A stretch of DNA of 64,000 nt from Planctomycetota bacterium (GTDB taxonomy: Bacteria; Planctomycetota; UBA8108; SXIK01). Position numbers and translations under genes: made by a program. Below are positions 17,240 through 28,057 of this stretch, in pieces (position 1 is the stretch's first letter; every line of letters starts with the position of its first letter). The stretch covers positions 8,288,001 through 8,352,000 of the forward strand of contig OZ244999.1 of the NCBI GenBank assembly GCA_965223265.1, given 5' to 3'. The notes under the pieces are model-generated. The model had not been told where the DNA came from and did not search any database. It saw nothing but the letters and a program-made list of their open reading frames with translations.

Positions 17240-18703
17240 CTACAGCTCCCTCAGCTTGATGTTGCGCCATCGCACTTGATAGGGGCCCGTGCTTGCTGGA
17301 ATGCTGTGCACCTGAAGCCCGATGAAGCCGGCGGCAGTCATTGAGTCTTTGACGTCGGCGACCGGAACATCGTTGATCCACGTCTTCAGCGAGTCGCCTT
17401 GGCAGACGATGCGGTAGCGGTTCCACTCGTCCTTTTTGAACGCGGCTCGAGCCGCCGCGTCGGTGCGGTCGGTGCTCAGCCAGCCGCGGCGCGCTTCGTC
17501 GTAGATGAACCCTGCTTCGCCGTTTGTCGAGATCTCGACCTGATATCCGTGGACACGAAAATCTTTGTAGCCCTTGAAGCTGTTGCTGCGGATCTGGATG
17601 CCGGAGTTGAGTTCGCTATCCACCTTGACTTCGAGCTGCAGCTCGAAGTCACCATAGTGGTTTGTTGTGCATAGAAAGGAGTTCGGGCTGCGCTCGTTTG
17701 TCGTGCCAACGATCACGCCCTCTTCTACGGCATAGAACGCAGTGCCGTTGACTTGTCGCCAACCATCAAGGTTCTCACCGTTAAAGAGCGCGACCCACCC
17801 GTCATCGTCTGCTTTTGCCGGCAGCGCACGTCTCGTCGCCGTCAGTTCCGTCGGAAAATCTTGAGGGATGTCTGTCAGCGTCACCTTGCCTGTCGCCGCC
17901 CATTCGGCGCCGCGCTGCAGCGTCACGTGGAAGCCGACGCCCGAGAGCGCAGAGGTACCGTGCCCGAGGGCCGTATGGAAGGCACGCCCCTTACCGTAGT
18001 TGATCGTCATCAGCAGCGGCTCGTGTTCTTCCGTGCCGCTGCTTTCCTTAGACGAAAACGCCGTCGCCAGGACGGTGAGGTTTTTCGCGGGGCCGCGGAG
18101 GCTGTCATAGAGCTCGTCCTTGGCGTGTTTCCAGCGCGAGGGAAGGCCAGCGATAATGGGATGGTCTGGTGCGCGCATATCGAGAACGAATTCATGCTGC
18201 TGGCCGTGTCGCCCGCCGCGTCCAGGGGATTCGTCGCGGACGAATTTGCCGTCGCGAAACCGTATGTAAGGGCCGGAGGTCTCGTCGCGTTGTCCCCAAC
18301 CGCCGAGACCAATGATTTCGTTGTACTCCGGCCACTTTGAGAACGCGTTGTTCGCGGCGTGCACGGTAACGAACCCTCCGCCACCAGCGACATAGTCAAC
18401 GAAGTCCTTTTTTGTCTCTTCCGGCCACTCGGCGCCGTTGTAGTTCGACACGACGACGTCGTACTTCTTGAATTCAGGGCGAAAGCCTTCGAGGCTTCGC
18501 TTGCGTGGGGGGCTTGTCGCCACATCGACAGTAAAACGGCCGCTATGCTCGAGAATCTTTCGAAGGATCGGCGTGGTTACTTTCCACGCGTGGTTGTTTT
18601 GACCGTCGACGATCAGCGCAGACAGCTTGTCGGCAGCCTGACCTTCGTGGCAACAGGTGAAAACGAAGAGCAGCCCAATGAGTGAGAAGATCCTCTGAGT
18701 CAT
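17240..18703 (-). CDS. Secreted ThuA-like (trehalose utilisation/GATase-fold) + DUF1080 (3-keto-disaccharide hydrolase) protein
   Basis: Signal peptide, [40 protein letters not shown]; C-terminal [10 protein letters not shown]...NSGIQIRS...GFIGLQVH...WRNIKLREL. Confidence 0.88.
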   Translation of the reverse strand: MTQRIFSLIGLLFVFTCCHEGQAADKLSALIVDGQNNHAWKVTTPILRKILEHSGRFTVDVATSPPRKRSLEGFRPEFKKYDVVVSNYNGAEWPEETKKDFVDYVAGGGGFVTVHAANNAFSKWPEYNEIIGLGGWGQRDETSGPYIRFRDGKFVRDESPGRGGRHGQQHEFVLDMRAPDHPIIAGLPSRWKHAKDELYDSLRGPAKNLTVLATAFSSKESSGTEEHEPLLMTINYGKGRAFHTALGHGTSALSGVGFHVTLQRGAEWAATGKVTLTDIPQDFPTELTATRRALPAKADDDGWVALFNGENLDGWRQVNGTAFYAVEEGVIVGTTNERSPNSFLCTTNHYGDFELQLEVKVDSELNSGIQIRSNSFKGYKDFRVHGYQVEISTNGEAGFIYDEARRGWLSTDRTDAAARAAFKKDEWNRYRIVCQGDSLKTWINDVPVADVKDSMTAAGFIGLQVHSIPASTGPYQVRWRNIKLREL

Positions 18704-18804
18704 TCCTCTGTCTACCTCAAAACGAGTTGCGGTTGTCTTTCGCTGAATCTGAGCGAGCCTCGGCCGTGACCTTGCTGGCAGCCCGATGCGATAGGCGCTC
18801 TGGA

Positions 18805-20277
18805 CTAAGGTTTCGCGGTGTTCGGTGCGTTCTCTTTCGAAGTCGCGATGCGTACGCTCGGGGGTTCCGCGAAATCCCGCCACAGGCGCTCCGAAGTGTG
18901 GCGCTCGAACGCGCCGTCGTGAACGTAGTAGCGATAGCGCGAAACGTACTTTTTGCCGGGGCGAATTCTCATCTCACCCTTTTGCATCGGCGCGAAGTTG
19001 AAGAAGGGCTCCGATGGGTGGATGCGCATGGGCTGTGGATGTCGAAAGTTGCTCGGGTGGCACATGATCGTCACGCCGGTTGGTCTTCCTTCGACCGTAC
19101 CGGATATGTCACACCAACGCGCCGTCGTCGCATGTCCATCCTGTCGCGTTTTTCCTTCGCTGGTGTTGAAGAGGCACTTGTCGCCTTCGCCTTCCCATTC
19201 CTCAGAGCCTCTGAATCCCATGCCGCCGTAGCGATACTTTTTGATGATCAGCGGGGCCGGGCCGGCGCACTCTTGAGTCGATATGAGGTCGAAGAGGTGA
19301 AAATCCTCGAAGGCGTACACGCGAACGTCCCAGTGCTCGATAATGGCGACTTTGGACCCCACCGGTGCGGTCATGTCGATGAACTTGTGTTTCGATTCAA
19401 AGTACGCCACCACAGAACCGCCGGTGTAAAAGTTCAGATCCGTGCAGAGGACACGCCCTTCCTTCTTGCCACTGTTCCAGAAATCGACCTCGCGTCCCTC
19501 GAAGATTGTCTTCGTCCACGGAAACCAGATGCCATGGTGGTGGCGATGGTTTTCCGGGAAGTCATTCGTGACGACATGCCCTGACGGGTTCCACACCGGG
19601 TGTATGTAGCCGTTGCGCTGAAACACCTGATCGTAGCCGTCCGGAGGTTGCTTTAGCGACACGTTGTAGCGCAGGATTGGGCGGCCGCCGTAGCGAAACC
19701 GCACATCACTGGCGCCGACAACGCACTGAATGGATGGCACCTTCAACTCGCTCTTGCCGGGCTCCAGCCGATAGCGCCTCGTCTTTCCCGCCGCCAGGTC
19801 GTCTCTCATGATCCAGACCAACTGATGCGGGGGGCCGCGAAAACGTTGCGTTCCAACTTCGACCTCTTGATCGCCGCCGAGTCTCAGCAGTCGAACGTCT
19901 CTGACATGGGCGATTTCCTTCGGCGGCGTCCAATAGATTGGTACGTCACGGCGGTTGTACTTTCCCGCCGAAACCTCGAGAATCACCGGCTCGAATGCCC
20001 GCAGAGCGTTAGGAGCGTTCATGCAGAAAGGGAGTGTGATCGCCCCGACGATGACCGTGAGCAAACGTCGGCCGCGATGCCGATAGGCGGTGCGACAATG
20101 TGGGGAGCCAGCCGACGACGGCGAGGAATCACCGCCATCTACGCCTGGCGCGTGCGAGCTGCCCCCCCGGCGACAGATCGTTTGAACGTGCCAGTTCTCC
20201 GCGTCACTTTCCCTATTAGTCTCGACGCCGAATGGAGGACTCTCTGGATTCATTTCTGGATTCATTTCTGGATTCAT
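18805..20277 (-). CDS. PmoA-like / DUF6807-type planctomycete protein; start uncertain
   Basis: [44 protein letters not shown] motifs; the true start may be nearer the hydrophobic stretch at about 20060. Confidence 0.7.
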   Translation of the reverse strand: MNPEMNPEMNPESPPFGVETNRESDAENWHVQTICRRGGSSHAPGVDGGDSSPSSAGSPHCRTAYRHRGRRLLTVIVGAITLPFCMNAPNALRAFEPVILEVSAGKYNRRDVPIYWTPPKEIAHVRDVRLLRLGGDQEVEVGTQRFRGPPHQLVWIMRDDLAAGKTRRYRLEPGKSELKVPSIQCVVGASDVRFRYGGRPILRYNVSLKQPPDGYDQVFQRNGYIHPVWNPSGHVVTNDFPENHRHHHGIWFPWTKTIFEGREVDFWNSGKKEGRVLCTDLNFYTGGSVVAYFESKHKFIDMTAPVGSKVAIIEHWDVRVYAFEDFHLFDLISTQECAGPAPLIIKKYRYGGMGFRGSEEWEGEGDKCLFNTSEGKTRQDGHATTARWCDISGTVEGRPTGVTIMCHPSNFRHPQPMRIHPSEPFFNFAPMQKGEMRIRPGKKYVSRYRYYVHDGAFERHTSERLWRDFAEPPSVRIATSKENAPNTAKP

Positions 20278-20278
20278 T
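20243..20278. repeat. 12-bp tandem repeat (TCTGGATTCATT) x3
   Basis: Read directly; would encode MNPE x3 on the minus strand. Confidence 0.85.
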
Positions 20279-20516
20279 GACGAGCTTCCATGGAGGAGCG
20301 ATGCGATATCGTCAGTCCCTTGAGTATAACCATCATCCAGAATTCCGGCATTTGAATCAACGTGCGGCTGGCCTCTCGCGCGACGACTCCGGGTTCGTCG
20401 CGAGCGGAGCATCGATTTTCGCGACGCGGACGGTACCATGGTGGTCCTGTCAGCAACGCGACGCGATGCGACCGCGCGAGGTTCTGCCACTAAGAGAACG
20501 GGGGACTGACTGCACC

Positions 20517-21512
20517 ATGAAGATGAGTCGACGGGAGTTCGGCCGGCGAATGGCCGGGAGTGCACTCGCAGTTGGTACTGCGATCGGATGCAAATTGAAT
20601 TCGAGCCAAGCGACCAGTGACATTCCGATCATCGACACGCACCAGCATCTGTGGGACCTGGAGAAGTTTCGACCGCCGTGGATCGACGGCGAGCCGGAAG
20701 TGCTCAGGCGCAGCTACGTCACCAAGGACTTCATCGAAGCGACGGCCGGTCTCAACGTCGACAAGGCGGTTTACATGGAAGTCGACGTCGCTCCGGACGA
20801 CCAAATCGCTGAGGCGGAGCATGTGATCGCGCTCTCGGAGAGCTCTGCGCACCCCACGGTCGGCGCCGTGATCTCGGGGCGACCCAACTCCCCGGAGTTC
20901 GAAAGCTATATCCGCCGTATGGCGAAGTCGCCTCACATCAAAGGCGTACGGCAAGTTCTTCACGTTCCGAGCGCGCCGCGCGGACTTTGTCTGGAGCCGC
21001 AGTTCGTCAAGAGCATTCAACTCCTCGGCGAGCTTGGGCTCAGTTTCGATCTGTGCATGCGGCCGACAGAGCTAGCGGACGGCCTGCGCTTGGCACACCT
21101 CTGTCCGAAGACCCGATTCATTGTCGATCACTGCGGCAACGCGGATCCAAAGGCCTTTCTGCCTCCGGGGCGATATGAAGGCGAGAAGCCATGGCATCAG
21201 GTTGCGCAGTGGAAACGCGACATGGCGCAGCTCGCGCGGCAGGAGAACGTCCACTGTAAGATTTCTGGGATCGTTGTGCGCGCACCCAAGGACGACTGGA
21301 CGTCCAAAGACCTCGAGCCGATCGTCGACTTCTGTCTCGATGAGTTCGGCGAGGACAAAGTTTGCTTCGGTGGCGATTGGCCGGTCTGCAAGCTGGTAGC
21401 AACGTACCGCGAGTGGGTTGAAGCACTGCGCAGAATCATTTCAAAGCGAAGTCCCGAAACGCAGCGAAAGCTGCTCTACGACAACGCCGCGGAATTCTAT
21501 CGGCTCGGCTGA
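20517..21512 (+). CDS. Tat-exported amidohydrolase_2 family protein (L-fuconolactonase-like)
   Basis: SRREF twin-arginine motif, IIDTHQHLWD, VDHCG, CKISG, FGGDWPV, NAxxFY. Confidence 0.88.
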   Translation: MKMSRREFGRRMAGSALAVGTAIGCKLNSSQATSDIPIIDTHQHLWDLEKFRPPWIDGEPEVLRRSYVTKDFIEATAGLNVDKAVYMEVDVAPDDQIAEAEHVIALSESSAHPTVGAVISGRPNSPEFESYIRRMAKSPHIKGVRQVLHVPSAPRGLCLEPQFVKSIQLLGELGLSFDLCMRPTELADGLRLAHLCPKTRFIVDHCGNADPKAFLPPGRYEGEKPWHQVAQWKRDMAQLARQENVHCKISGIVVRAPKDDWTSKDLEPIVDFCLDEFGEDKVCFGGDWPVCKLVATYREWVEALRRIISKRSPETQRKLLYDNAAEFYRLG

Positions 21513-21551
21513 GAGCGGGCGAGAGGTGAAAGAACGCCGCCCTGAGGCAGG

Positions 21552-24500
21552 CTAACCTTTCGCATCGGCGCAGACGTGACCGCTGCTGCAGCCAAGGTCG
21601 TCCTCTGTCGCGTCTGCGCCGCAGCCTGGATAGGGTGCGATCGCCGGGCTGCCCTCAAGGAAGAGAAAGTTAAGAAGTGCGATGGGATCCTCGAGGTCCA
21701 GATGGCCCGAATCGTTGGCGTCGAGCGCGTCGTCACAGCGGGCGTCGAGCGGTGCCACGAACAGGTGGCGAAGAATGGCGATGACATCCGTGACGTTAAG
21801 GCTGCCGTCGCCATTGGCGTCGCCGCGTCGAAACGCTTCGCGCGCTATCCGCAGCGTACCCCGCGAGACCATGCGGCCGCGCTCCGGATCGTTGACTTCA
21901 ACGGCGGGCGATGCAGTCAAATCCGGAGTGGACGGGAGCATGACGCGTAGCGTGTTCGCATCGACGAACTCGACTCGCGGCGACGGGGTGCCATCGAAGG
22001 TGACGGACGTCGCTTCCGTGAAACCGAAGCCGAACAGCGTCAGTGCTTCACTATGCGGAAGTGTGACGACGTCCGGTTCGAATCTGAGGACACGCGGAAT
22101 GGTCAGGAACGTCGATCCCAGCACTTGCTCGCGATAGATCTCGGGCCTCTGACGCGCAAAGTCGCGCAGCTCTTCGATGGACTCTTCCCACTTGTCGACC
22201 GTGGCGTCAGGTACGAGGTCTGGGATGGTGACTTCCTCGGAGATGTCGGCACGAATGGTCGCTGCTGTACGATCGATCAACGAGACGACGTTCCCGGTCG
22301 AGAGGGTGGTTCGGAGCATCTCTTCGACCGCTTCGGCGAAGAACTGTTGGTACTCTAGGCTTTCGAGCAAGCTTGCGAACGGGAAGATGATCGGTCCGCC
22401 TTGCTCCATTGCGCCTCCGAAACGATCGCGCGTCGGATCGCGGCTGAAACCGAACTCCGCGTCCCAGATCACGTAGGTCCACCTGCCATCAGCGGCCGCC
22501 GATCGCGCGGCGAACCAGTTGTTGAGCGGCCAATCGCCGTTGTCAAGCCAGGTGTTGATGATGATGTAGGGCGTATAGCTGGCGACGTCGACTCGCGACA
22601 TCGCTTCGTCGAGGAGCGCGGGATCGCTGATGTCGTGATCGCGGAAGAAACGCAGTAGGTCGGACCAGGCTTCCTGCGTTTGCTCGCCGCCGTCCACGAT
22701 CTCGTTGTTGGTCTTGATCGCATACCACTGATTGCTCTCTGGAAAATGTGCGCTCAAGAATTCAGCGTCCAGGCGTTCAACGACATTGTAAACGCCTCGG
22801 TATTGGCCGTTGACGAAGAGGTTCCACCACGTGCCTCGTGAGATCGTGCTGCCGGTCTGGCCATGTAGGTCGCGAGCCAATTGGTCGCGGATCAGGGTGC
22901 CGCCGCCCACGCGCAGTCGGTCGTTGAAGTTGGCTCTCAAGACCAGCTTGTCGAAGTCGTCGACCCCGAGTTCGTCGTCGAAGACCGGGTAGGAGAGCTC
23001 GCGGTCGCCGTAGAGACCACGAAAGTACATGCGGTACGACTTCTTCGTGTCGAAGTCTCCGCCGCGTCCCCTGCCGCCGTGAAGACGAAGCCCCATACCC
23101 GTTGCCACCGCAAGTTCGCCGCTGTTGTCGAAAAGCTCCATATGCGCGGAGCGCTCAGAGGCACGGCCGCTGCCCAACTGATTCAGGTGCAACAGACGAA
23201 AGTTACCGGGGTCCATCGCCAGCGACAGGATCGGCAAGTCGTATTCCTCGGCGCCGATAAGGTACGTCCGGGTAGCGATGCGGCCAACGCGCTCGCCGCC
23301 TTCGATGACGGCGGCGCGGACGGCGGTCGTTGTTTCGACTTGGAAAGGACCGTCGTACAAACTGCTTTCACTCGTCGGCGCCGTACCGTCGACTGTGTAG
23401 TGGAGATCGAAGGGAAACGGCAGCGCTGCCTCGAGAGTGACGGTGACACTTCCGGAATACTCTCCGGCCGCGGGCGCGATCGACGGCGTCGCCGTGAGCC
23501 GGTCGAGGTTCGGCTCGCTGCCACCGACGTTCGGCAGGCCTGGAGTCGGCCGAGTGAAGTAGCTGTAGTCGGTCGCCATGCTCGTCACCCGACGCGACTG
23601 CAGGCGCGGCGCGAAAAGAAAATCTTGGCTGCCTGGAGAGTCGTTCATCGCCTGCACGGCGAGAACATTGCGTCCAGGTCGAAGAGTTCCCGGGGCGAGG
23701 CGAATTGGCACGTCCTCCGGCTCGAGCACAATTCGAGCCGCCCGCGGTGAGGTGGCAGTCGCATTGACACGGGTGCTGTCTGCATTGCGACGCGCGACTT
23801 CCACATCACCGAGGTATGCCACAAAGCCGCTGTCGTACTGAACACGGAGAACGAGCGTCGTGACGCTCGCGGGGTCGGCGACTTCGAATGGCAAACGTAA
23901 GAAAATCGACGCGTTCTTGGCCTGCATGAGGTCGCCAACATCCGTGGCAATTTCTTCCCTGAAGGTCGGCGTCGCTTTGCGGTCGTAACCAACGCCCGTT
24001 GACACATCGATCCAGGCGCTGTCGTCAAAGTCGAGCTCGCGCCATGCGTCAGCCAGATCGCTCGAGCGCTCTGTGACAAGCGCTTTCCCGGGTGCGCCTA
24101 GGGGCAGCAGGTCGCTGGCGGCGACTTCCATCGCACGTGCGAAGGAGACGTCGGAGATCTGCAGCGGATAGGGGGCGAAGCGCGAGGAGACGTTGCCCAA
24201 GGGGTCGACGAGCGAAAGGAACTCGCCCTCGCCACGCAGCTGAAAGTCAGTGTGGAGCTCGGCGCGCGGGTCTGCGCGGTCCTTCCCGGAAGCGAAGACG
24301 AGAAGGAACTCGCCGGGGGACATGATGATCGCCGGTAACGACCAATCGACGCTATCATCTTCGGAGTTGACGAGGCGCCAGCCGCTCAGATCGATGGACT
24401 CGGTGCCGGCGTGATAGAGTTCTACCCAGTCGGACGTGGCGCCGTCCTCGTCGGCGAGCGTATCGCCGTTTCTTGCCAAGAACTCACTGATCACAAGCTC

Positions 24501-24605
24501 CTGGGCGCGAACGACGGAGTTCATCGCTGCGACGGCGAGCGTTGCTGCCACGGACAACAAGAGTGAGACAGACAACGACTTGAGCATCGGATCATGGGGT
24601 TTCAT
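21552..24605 (-). CDS. Secreted lamin-tail + CotH kinase + IPT/TIG + C-terminal dockerin-like protein
   Basis: LVISEFLARN...DWVEL (LTD), PTPGxxN, YTVDGTAPT, KKSYRMYFR, GQYRGVYNVVE, DWPLNNW, WDAEFG (CotH), FRRGDANGDG...DANDSG (dockerin-like). Confidence 0.88.
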   Translation of the reverse strand: MKPHDPMLKSLSVSLLLSVAATLAVAAMNSVVRAQELVISEFLARNGDTLADEDGATSDWVELYHAGTESIDLSGWRLVNSEDDSVDWSLPAIIMSPGEFLLVFASGKDRADPRAELHTDFQLRGEGEFLSLVDPLGNVSSRFAPYPLQISDVSFARAMEVAASDLLPLGAPGKALVTERSSDLADAWRELDFDDSAWIDVSTGVGYDRKATPTFREEIATDVGDLMQAKNASIFLRLPFEVADPASVTTLVLRVQYDSGFVAYLGDVEVARRNADSTRVNATATSPRAARIVLEPEDVPIRLAPGTLRPGRNVLAVQAMNDSPGSQDFLFAPRLQSRRVTSMATDYSYFTRPTPGLPNVGGSEPNLDRLTATPSIAPAAGEYSGSVTVTLEAALPFPFDLHYTVDGTAPTSESSLYDGPFQVETTTAVRAAVIEGGERVGRIATRTYLIGAEEYDLPILSLAMDPGNFRLLHLNQLGSGRASERSAHMELFDNSGELAVATGMGLRLHGGRGRGGDFDTKKSYRMYFRGLYGDRELSYPVFDDELGVDDFDKLVLRANFNDRLRVGGGTLIRDQLARDLHGQTGSTISRGTWWNLFVNGQYRGVYNVVERLDAEFLSAHFPESNQWYAIKTNNEIVDGGEQTQEAWSDLLRFFRDHDISDPALLDEAMSRVDVASYTPYIIINTWLDNGDWPLNNWFAARSAAADGRWTYVIWDAEFGFSRDPTRDRFGGAMEQGGPIIFPFASLLESLEYQQFFAEAVEEMLRTTLSTGNVVSLIDRTAATIRADISEEVTIPDLVPDATVDKWEESIEELRDFARQRPEIYREQVLGSTFLTIPRVLRFEPDVVTLPHSEALTLFGFGFTEATSVTFDGTPSPRVEFVDANTLRVMLPSTPDLTASPAVEVNDPERGRMVSRGTLRIAREAFRRGDANGDGSLNVTDVIAILRHLFVAPLDARCDDALDANDSGHLDLEDPIALLNFLFLEGSPAIAPYPGCGADATEDDLGCSSGHVCADAKG

Positions 24606-24702
24606 GGCGAGCAGGAGAAGGTGCAGACGGGAGCGTTCAGTTTAGCATAGGTTCTACCTGCCGCGCGGCTTCGATGGCTCTTCAGCGACGATCCCGCGAG
24701 GA

Positions 24703-26277
24703 TCATCTGGAGTTTGCCGGTTCGAGAGCGGGGCGGCGCGACTGCGACTCTCGCTTCCACCAAAGCGGCAGCGGCGGTTTTGGGATTCGTTTCCAACCAC
24801 TCCAGTAGGGGCCTTCCACCTGAATGCTGCGCCAGAGCGCTTCCATGCGGCGGCTCAGCTGCGCCAGGCGGCCGCGCTTGAACGCCGCTAGGTCGTTTTT
24901 CTGCAGCGGGTCGTTCGCCGTATCGTAGAGCTCGAAGCGCTCAAGTCGTGCCGATTTGATCCAGTCCATTTCGCTCTGCCCGGCGTCGCGCTCACTGAAG
25001 TACGCGATCACGACTTCGTCACCGACCCGCAGAGCCATTTGTGGGATGTGTGCATACGAGATGAGCCAGCACAGCGGCACTTGACGCTGTAGAGGGCGCG
25101 CATCGAAGAGCGGAGTCAACGTCGTGCCATCGATGACGCGGTCTGTGGGCATTGGTGTGCGGGCGAGATCGCAGAACGTCGGCAGAATGTCGGTAGCACA
25201 AACGGGCGTGTCGATCACCTGCCCCGCTCGAGCGCGGCGAGGAAAGCGAAGGAGACCCGGGACGCGGATGCCTCCCTCATAGAGGTAGCGCTTCATGCCG
25301 CGAAGCGCGCCAGGCGTCCCAAAGCAGCGATCGCGCCGCGGGTCGTGTCGCGTTTCTCCCCCTGGGTGCTCCGGGCCATTGTCGCTCGTGAAAAGAACGA
25401 GTGTATTGTCGCGTAGACCGAGCTCGTCGAGAGCTCGGAGCAGCCGACCGATGGCAGCGTCGAGCTGCGTGATCGTGCCGTAGTAGTGCTTCTTCAGATG
25501 GGAAATGTCGACGCCTTTTGTCGGTCGATCGACGCCGCCGTAAGCGATGGACATCGCGGCCGCCTCAACGACCTCGGTTTCATACATCGCGGCGTATTCC
25601 CTCGGTGGGGTCACGGGAGTGTGCGGCTCGCTCGAACAGACATACGCAAAGAAAGGACGCTTCGCGTCGCGCTTCTGGAGCCATGCGATGGTCTCGTCGA
25701 CGATGAGGTCGCAGTAGTAGCCGTTCGACGGGCCAACGGCGTCGCCGTCCCGCACGAAATCGGCCGGGTTCAGCGTGCTATCGCTCGTGTTGGCGCGCGT
25801 TGCGAACCACCGGTCGAAGCCGTGGTCGCCCGGATTCGGTTGCGACCCATCGAGCGCGGAAAGGTGCCACTTGCCAGAGAAAAACGTCTGATAGCCGGAA
25901 CGTTTGAGCAGCGTCGAGATCGTTACCTCTTCCCGGCGTAGATGGCGATCGCCGCTGGCGAGCTTGTACATGCCAGCGCGAAATGGAGTACGACCCGTGA
26001 GCAGCGCGGCGCGCGAGGGGGAGCAGATCGAGCTGCCGGCGTAGCATGCTGAAAAGCGTATTCCCTCAGCTGCCAGACGGTCGAGGTTTGGTGTCCGTAT
26101 GAACGGGTGGCCATAGCAGCCGAGATCGCCGTAGCCAAGATCATCTGCAAGGAAGATGAGGAAGTTGGGACGGCTGTCTGCGCCTAGCTGCGGCAGCAAG
26201 AGAATCGCAGCGAGCGCCGCGCGGTAGAATCTTACGGCAGTCGTGCGAACGAGCCTGCGTGGAGAAGTGGGCCTCAT
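24703..26277 (-). CDS. Formylglycine-dependent (S1) sulfatase
   Basis: PNFLIFLADDLGYGD, CSPSRAALLTG, GKWHL, TSDNG, EGGIRVP. Confidence 0.95.
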   Translation of the reverse strand: MRPTSPRRLVRTTAVRFYRAALAAILLLPQLGADSRPNFLIFLADDLGYGDLGCYGHPFIRTPNLDRLAAEGIRFSACYAGSSICSPSRAALLTGRTPFRAGMYKLASGDRHLRREEVTISTLLKRSGYQTFFSGKWHLSALDGSQPNPGDHGFDRWFATRANTSDSTLNPADFVRDGDAVGPSNGYYCDLIVDETIAWLQKRDAKRPFFAYVCSSEPHTPVTPPREYAAMYETEVVEAAAMSIAYGGVDRPTKGVDISHLKKHYYGTITQLDAAIGRLLRALDELGLRDNTLVLFTSDNGPEHPGGETRHDPRRDRCFGTPGALRGMKRYLYEGGIRVPGLLRFPRRARAGQVIDTPVCATDILPTFCDLARTPMPTDRVIDGTTLTPLFDARPLQRQVPLCWLISYAHIPQMALRVGDEVVIAYFSERDAGQSEMDWIKSARLERFELYDTANDPLQKNDLAAFKRGRLAQLSRRMEALWRSIQVEGPYWSGWKRIPKPPLPLWWKRESQSRRPALEPANSR

Positions 26278-26468
26278 GTTGTCACTCTCGTGATCGCGAC
26301 TGGAGGAAGTTGCGAGGGAATGATAAGTTTGGAGTCTCGGCGCGGCGCACGACGCGCCGATGTGGTCGGCACGTTGCTGCACGTTTTGGTCGTCACGCTG
26401 CTAAGCGAGTTCGTGGCATACACAGACTGTGACATTCATAGAACGGCAGCTTGAAACGGAGCGCGAGC

Positions 26469-27935
26469 ATGGTAACACGTTTCCCTACGTCGCACCGATT
26501 CATGACTGCCGTTGCGGTTCTTGCCGCATGGGCCGGTGGTTGTCAATCGCCGCCGCCCGGGCGTGAAGCAGCGCACCCCATCGCAGCGCGCCCCATCGCA
26601 GAGATCCCCGTTGCGGGAGACGCGAAGAGCGAGCGCACTAGCGATTCCGACGTCGGGAAAACTCCTGCGGACTCGCAGGCGGCGACGGAGGTGCAAGCAG
26701 GCGCGGACACACCAGCGCAGCGCGCGGAGCCGAAGATCGCGGTGCCGGAGACTGCCCGTGATGCGGCCGCGTTGTGGGAGTCTCACGGACGCTCGGGACT
26801 GCCTCAACTCGCGATCTTCTTCGGTCGTGTCGAACTGAGCGCTGGTGAGCTTGAGCCGGCGTTTCGTCTTGTGCGGTCGATCGCGCTCGAGGTGAAGCCC
26901 GGCGATCGGGACGCGGCCGCCGCTGTTCAGTGCATCGTGGCTTTTCTTCGCCTTGGCGACGACGCAGAGCTCGGTCTTTCGGAGCTCGCGGCTCCGGTCT
27001 CGGACGTCGGCATCATCCAGCTCGCCGTTGGTCTGCGGCCGGCGAGCGAACTCACTCCCGTGCTCGTGGCGGCAATGCGCTCACAGTCATCGGGCTCTCA
27101 GGCAATGGGCCCGAACTTTCGCCGCTGCGCCGCGCTGGCTCTCGCGTTTCTTGGCGATCCTACGGCTCGTCCCGTTCTCGAGGGACTTCTCGACGAGTTC
27201 GTCGAGCACTACGAGGCGGGGAGGACGCATGTGCTCGACGCCGCGACTGCCGTCGAGATCGTTTGCCGCTTCGGAGACCCGGCGCTGGGACGTTTTCTCG
27301 TCGACATCCTCGAGCTTTCCGACGACCCGAGGGTGCGGAATCCGTGCGGTCGCTGCCTGGCGACGTTGTGGCGCGGCAAGGCGGAGGCGCCACTTGTGCG
27401 ACTGCTGAGAAGAAACGATGCCGGGAGCCAGCTCGCTGCCATCGCTGGTCTGCTTCGGATCGGGGAAGTGACGGCGCTCAATCGGATCATTCACGCGATG
27501 GATCGCTCGGAGCATGTGCGCGTGCACGACACCGTCAAGACGTACCTGCGGCGATACGCCGCCGCACTCGACATGACTTTGTATGACCTCGAAGCGTGGA
27601 TCCGGAGTCAACCGGCCAAGGCGCTCGTCGCGATCCGTCCGTACATGCTGCGACTGGAAGTGCTGAGCGCGAAGGATCGCCGCCTGAGCCGCGACGAACT
27701 GGTGAAGGTTCTAGAGCACTGGCGACAACACGGTACGATCCATACACCCGAGTGGAAGTGGGTGCGCGACCGACATGTTTTGGATGTCGCCGAGCTGGAA
27801 GACGTCGAGCAGCTGGAAATGGTGCGGCAGGCGGTCCTGCGGCAGCTAACAGAGACTGCGCTCGCCGAGGCGCGAACGCTGCAGCGGATTCAAACGGCGC
27901 TGCGGCGCCGGGCCGGCGCGCAGTTGAATGAGTGA
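26469..27935 (+). CDS. Putative lipoprotein with HEAT-like repeats
   Basis: Lipobox-like AGG-C, low-complexity linker, repeated helical AAxALxxLGD/VRxxxxxxL units. Confidence 0.6.
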   Translation: MVTRFPTSHRFMTAVAVLAAWAGGCQSPPPGREAAHPIAARPIAEIPVAGDAKSERTSDSDVGKTPADSQAATEVQAGADTPAQRAEPKIAVPETARDAAALWESHGRSGLPQLAIFFGRVELSAGELEPAFRLVRSIALEVKPGDRDAAAAVQCIVAFLRLGDDAELGLSELAAPVSDVGIIQLAVGLRPASELTPVLVAAMRSQSSGSQAMGPNFRRCAALALAFLGDPTARPVLEGLLDEFVEHYEAGRTHVLDAATAVEIVCRFGDPALGRFLVDILELSDDPRVRNPCGRCLATLWRGKAEAPLVRLLRRNDAGSQLAAIAGLLRIGEVTALNRIIHAMDRSEHVRVHDTVKTYLRRYAAALDMTLYDLEAWIRSQPAKALVAIRPYMLRLEVLSAKDRRLSRDELVKVLEHWRQHGTIHTPEWKWVRDRHVLDVAELEDVEQLEMVRQAVLRQLTETALAEARTLQRIQTALRRRAGAQLNE

Positions 27936-28057
27936 GACGATCGAGTCGCGGCTTCTTCGTCGCCAAGTCGGGGGTGTTCTTAGCGAGTTTCTACGGAAGA
28001 ATGCTCTGCTTCAAAAAACGACGGCAAAGCGACTCTTAGGGCGCGTCAGCAGGCACT

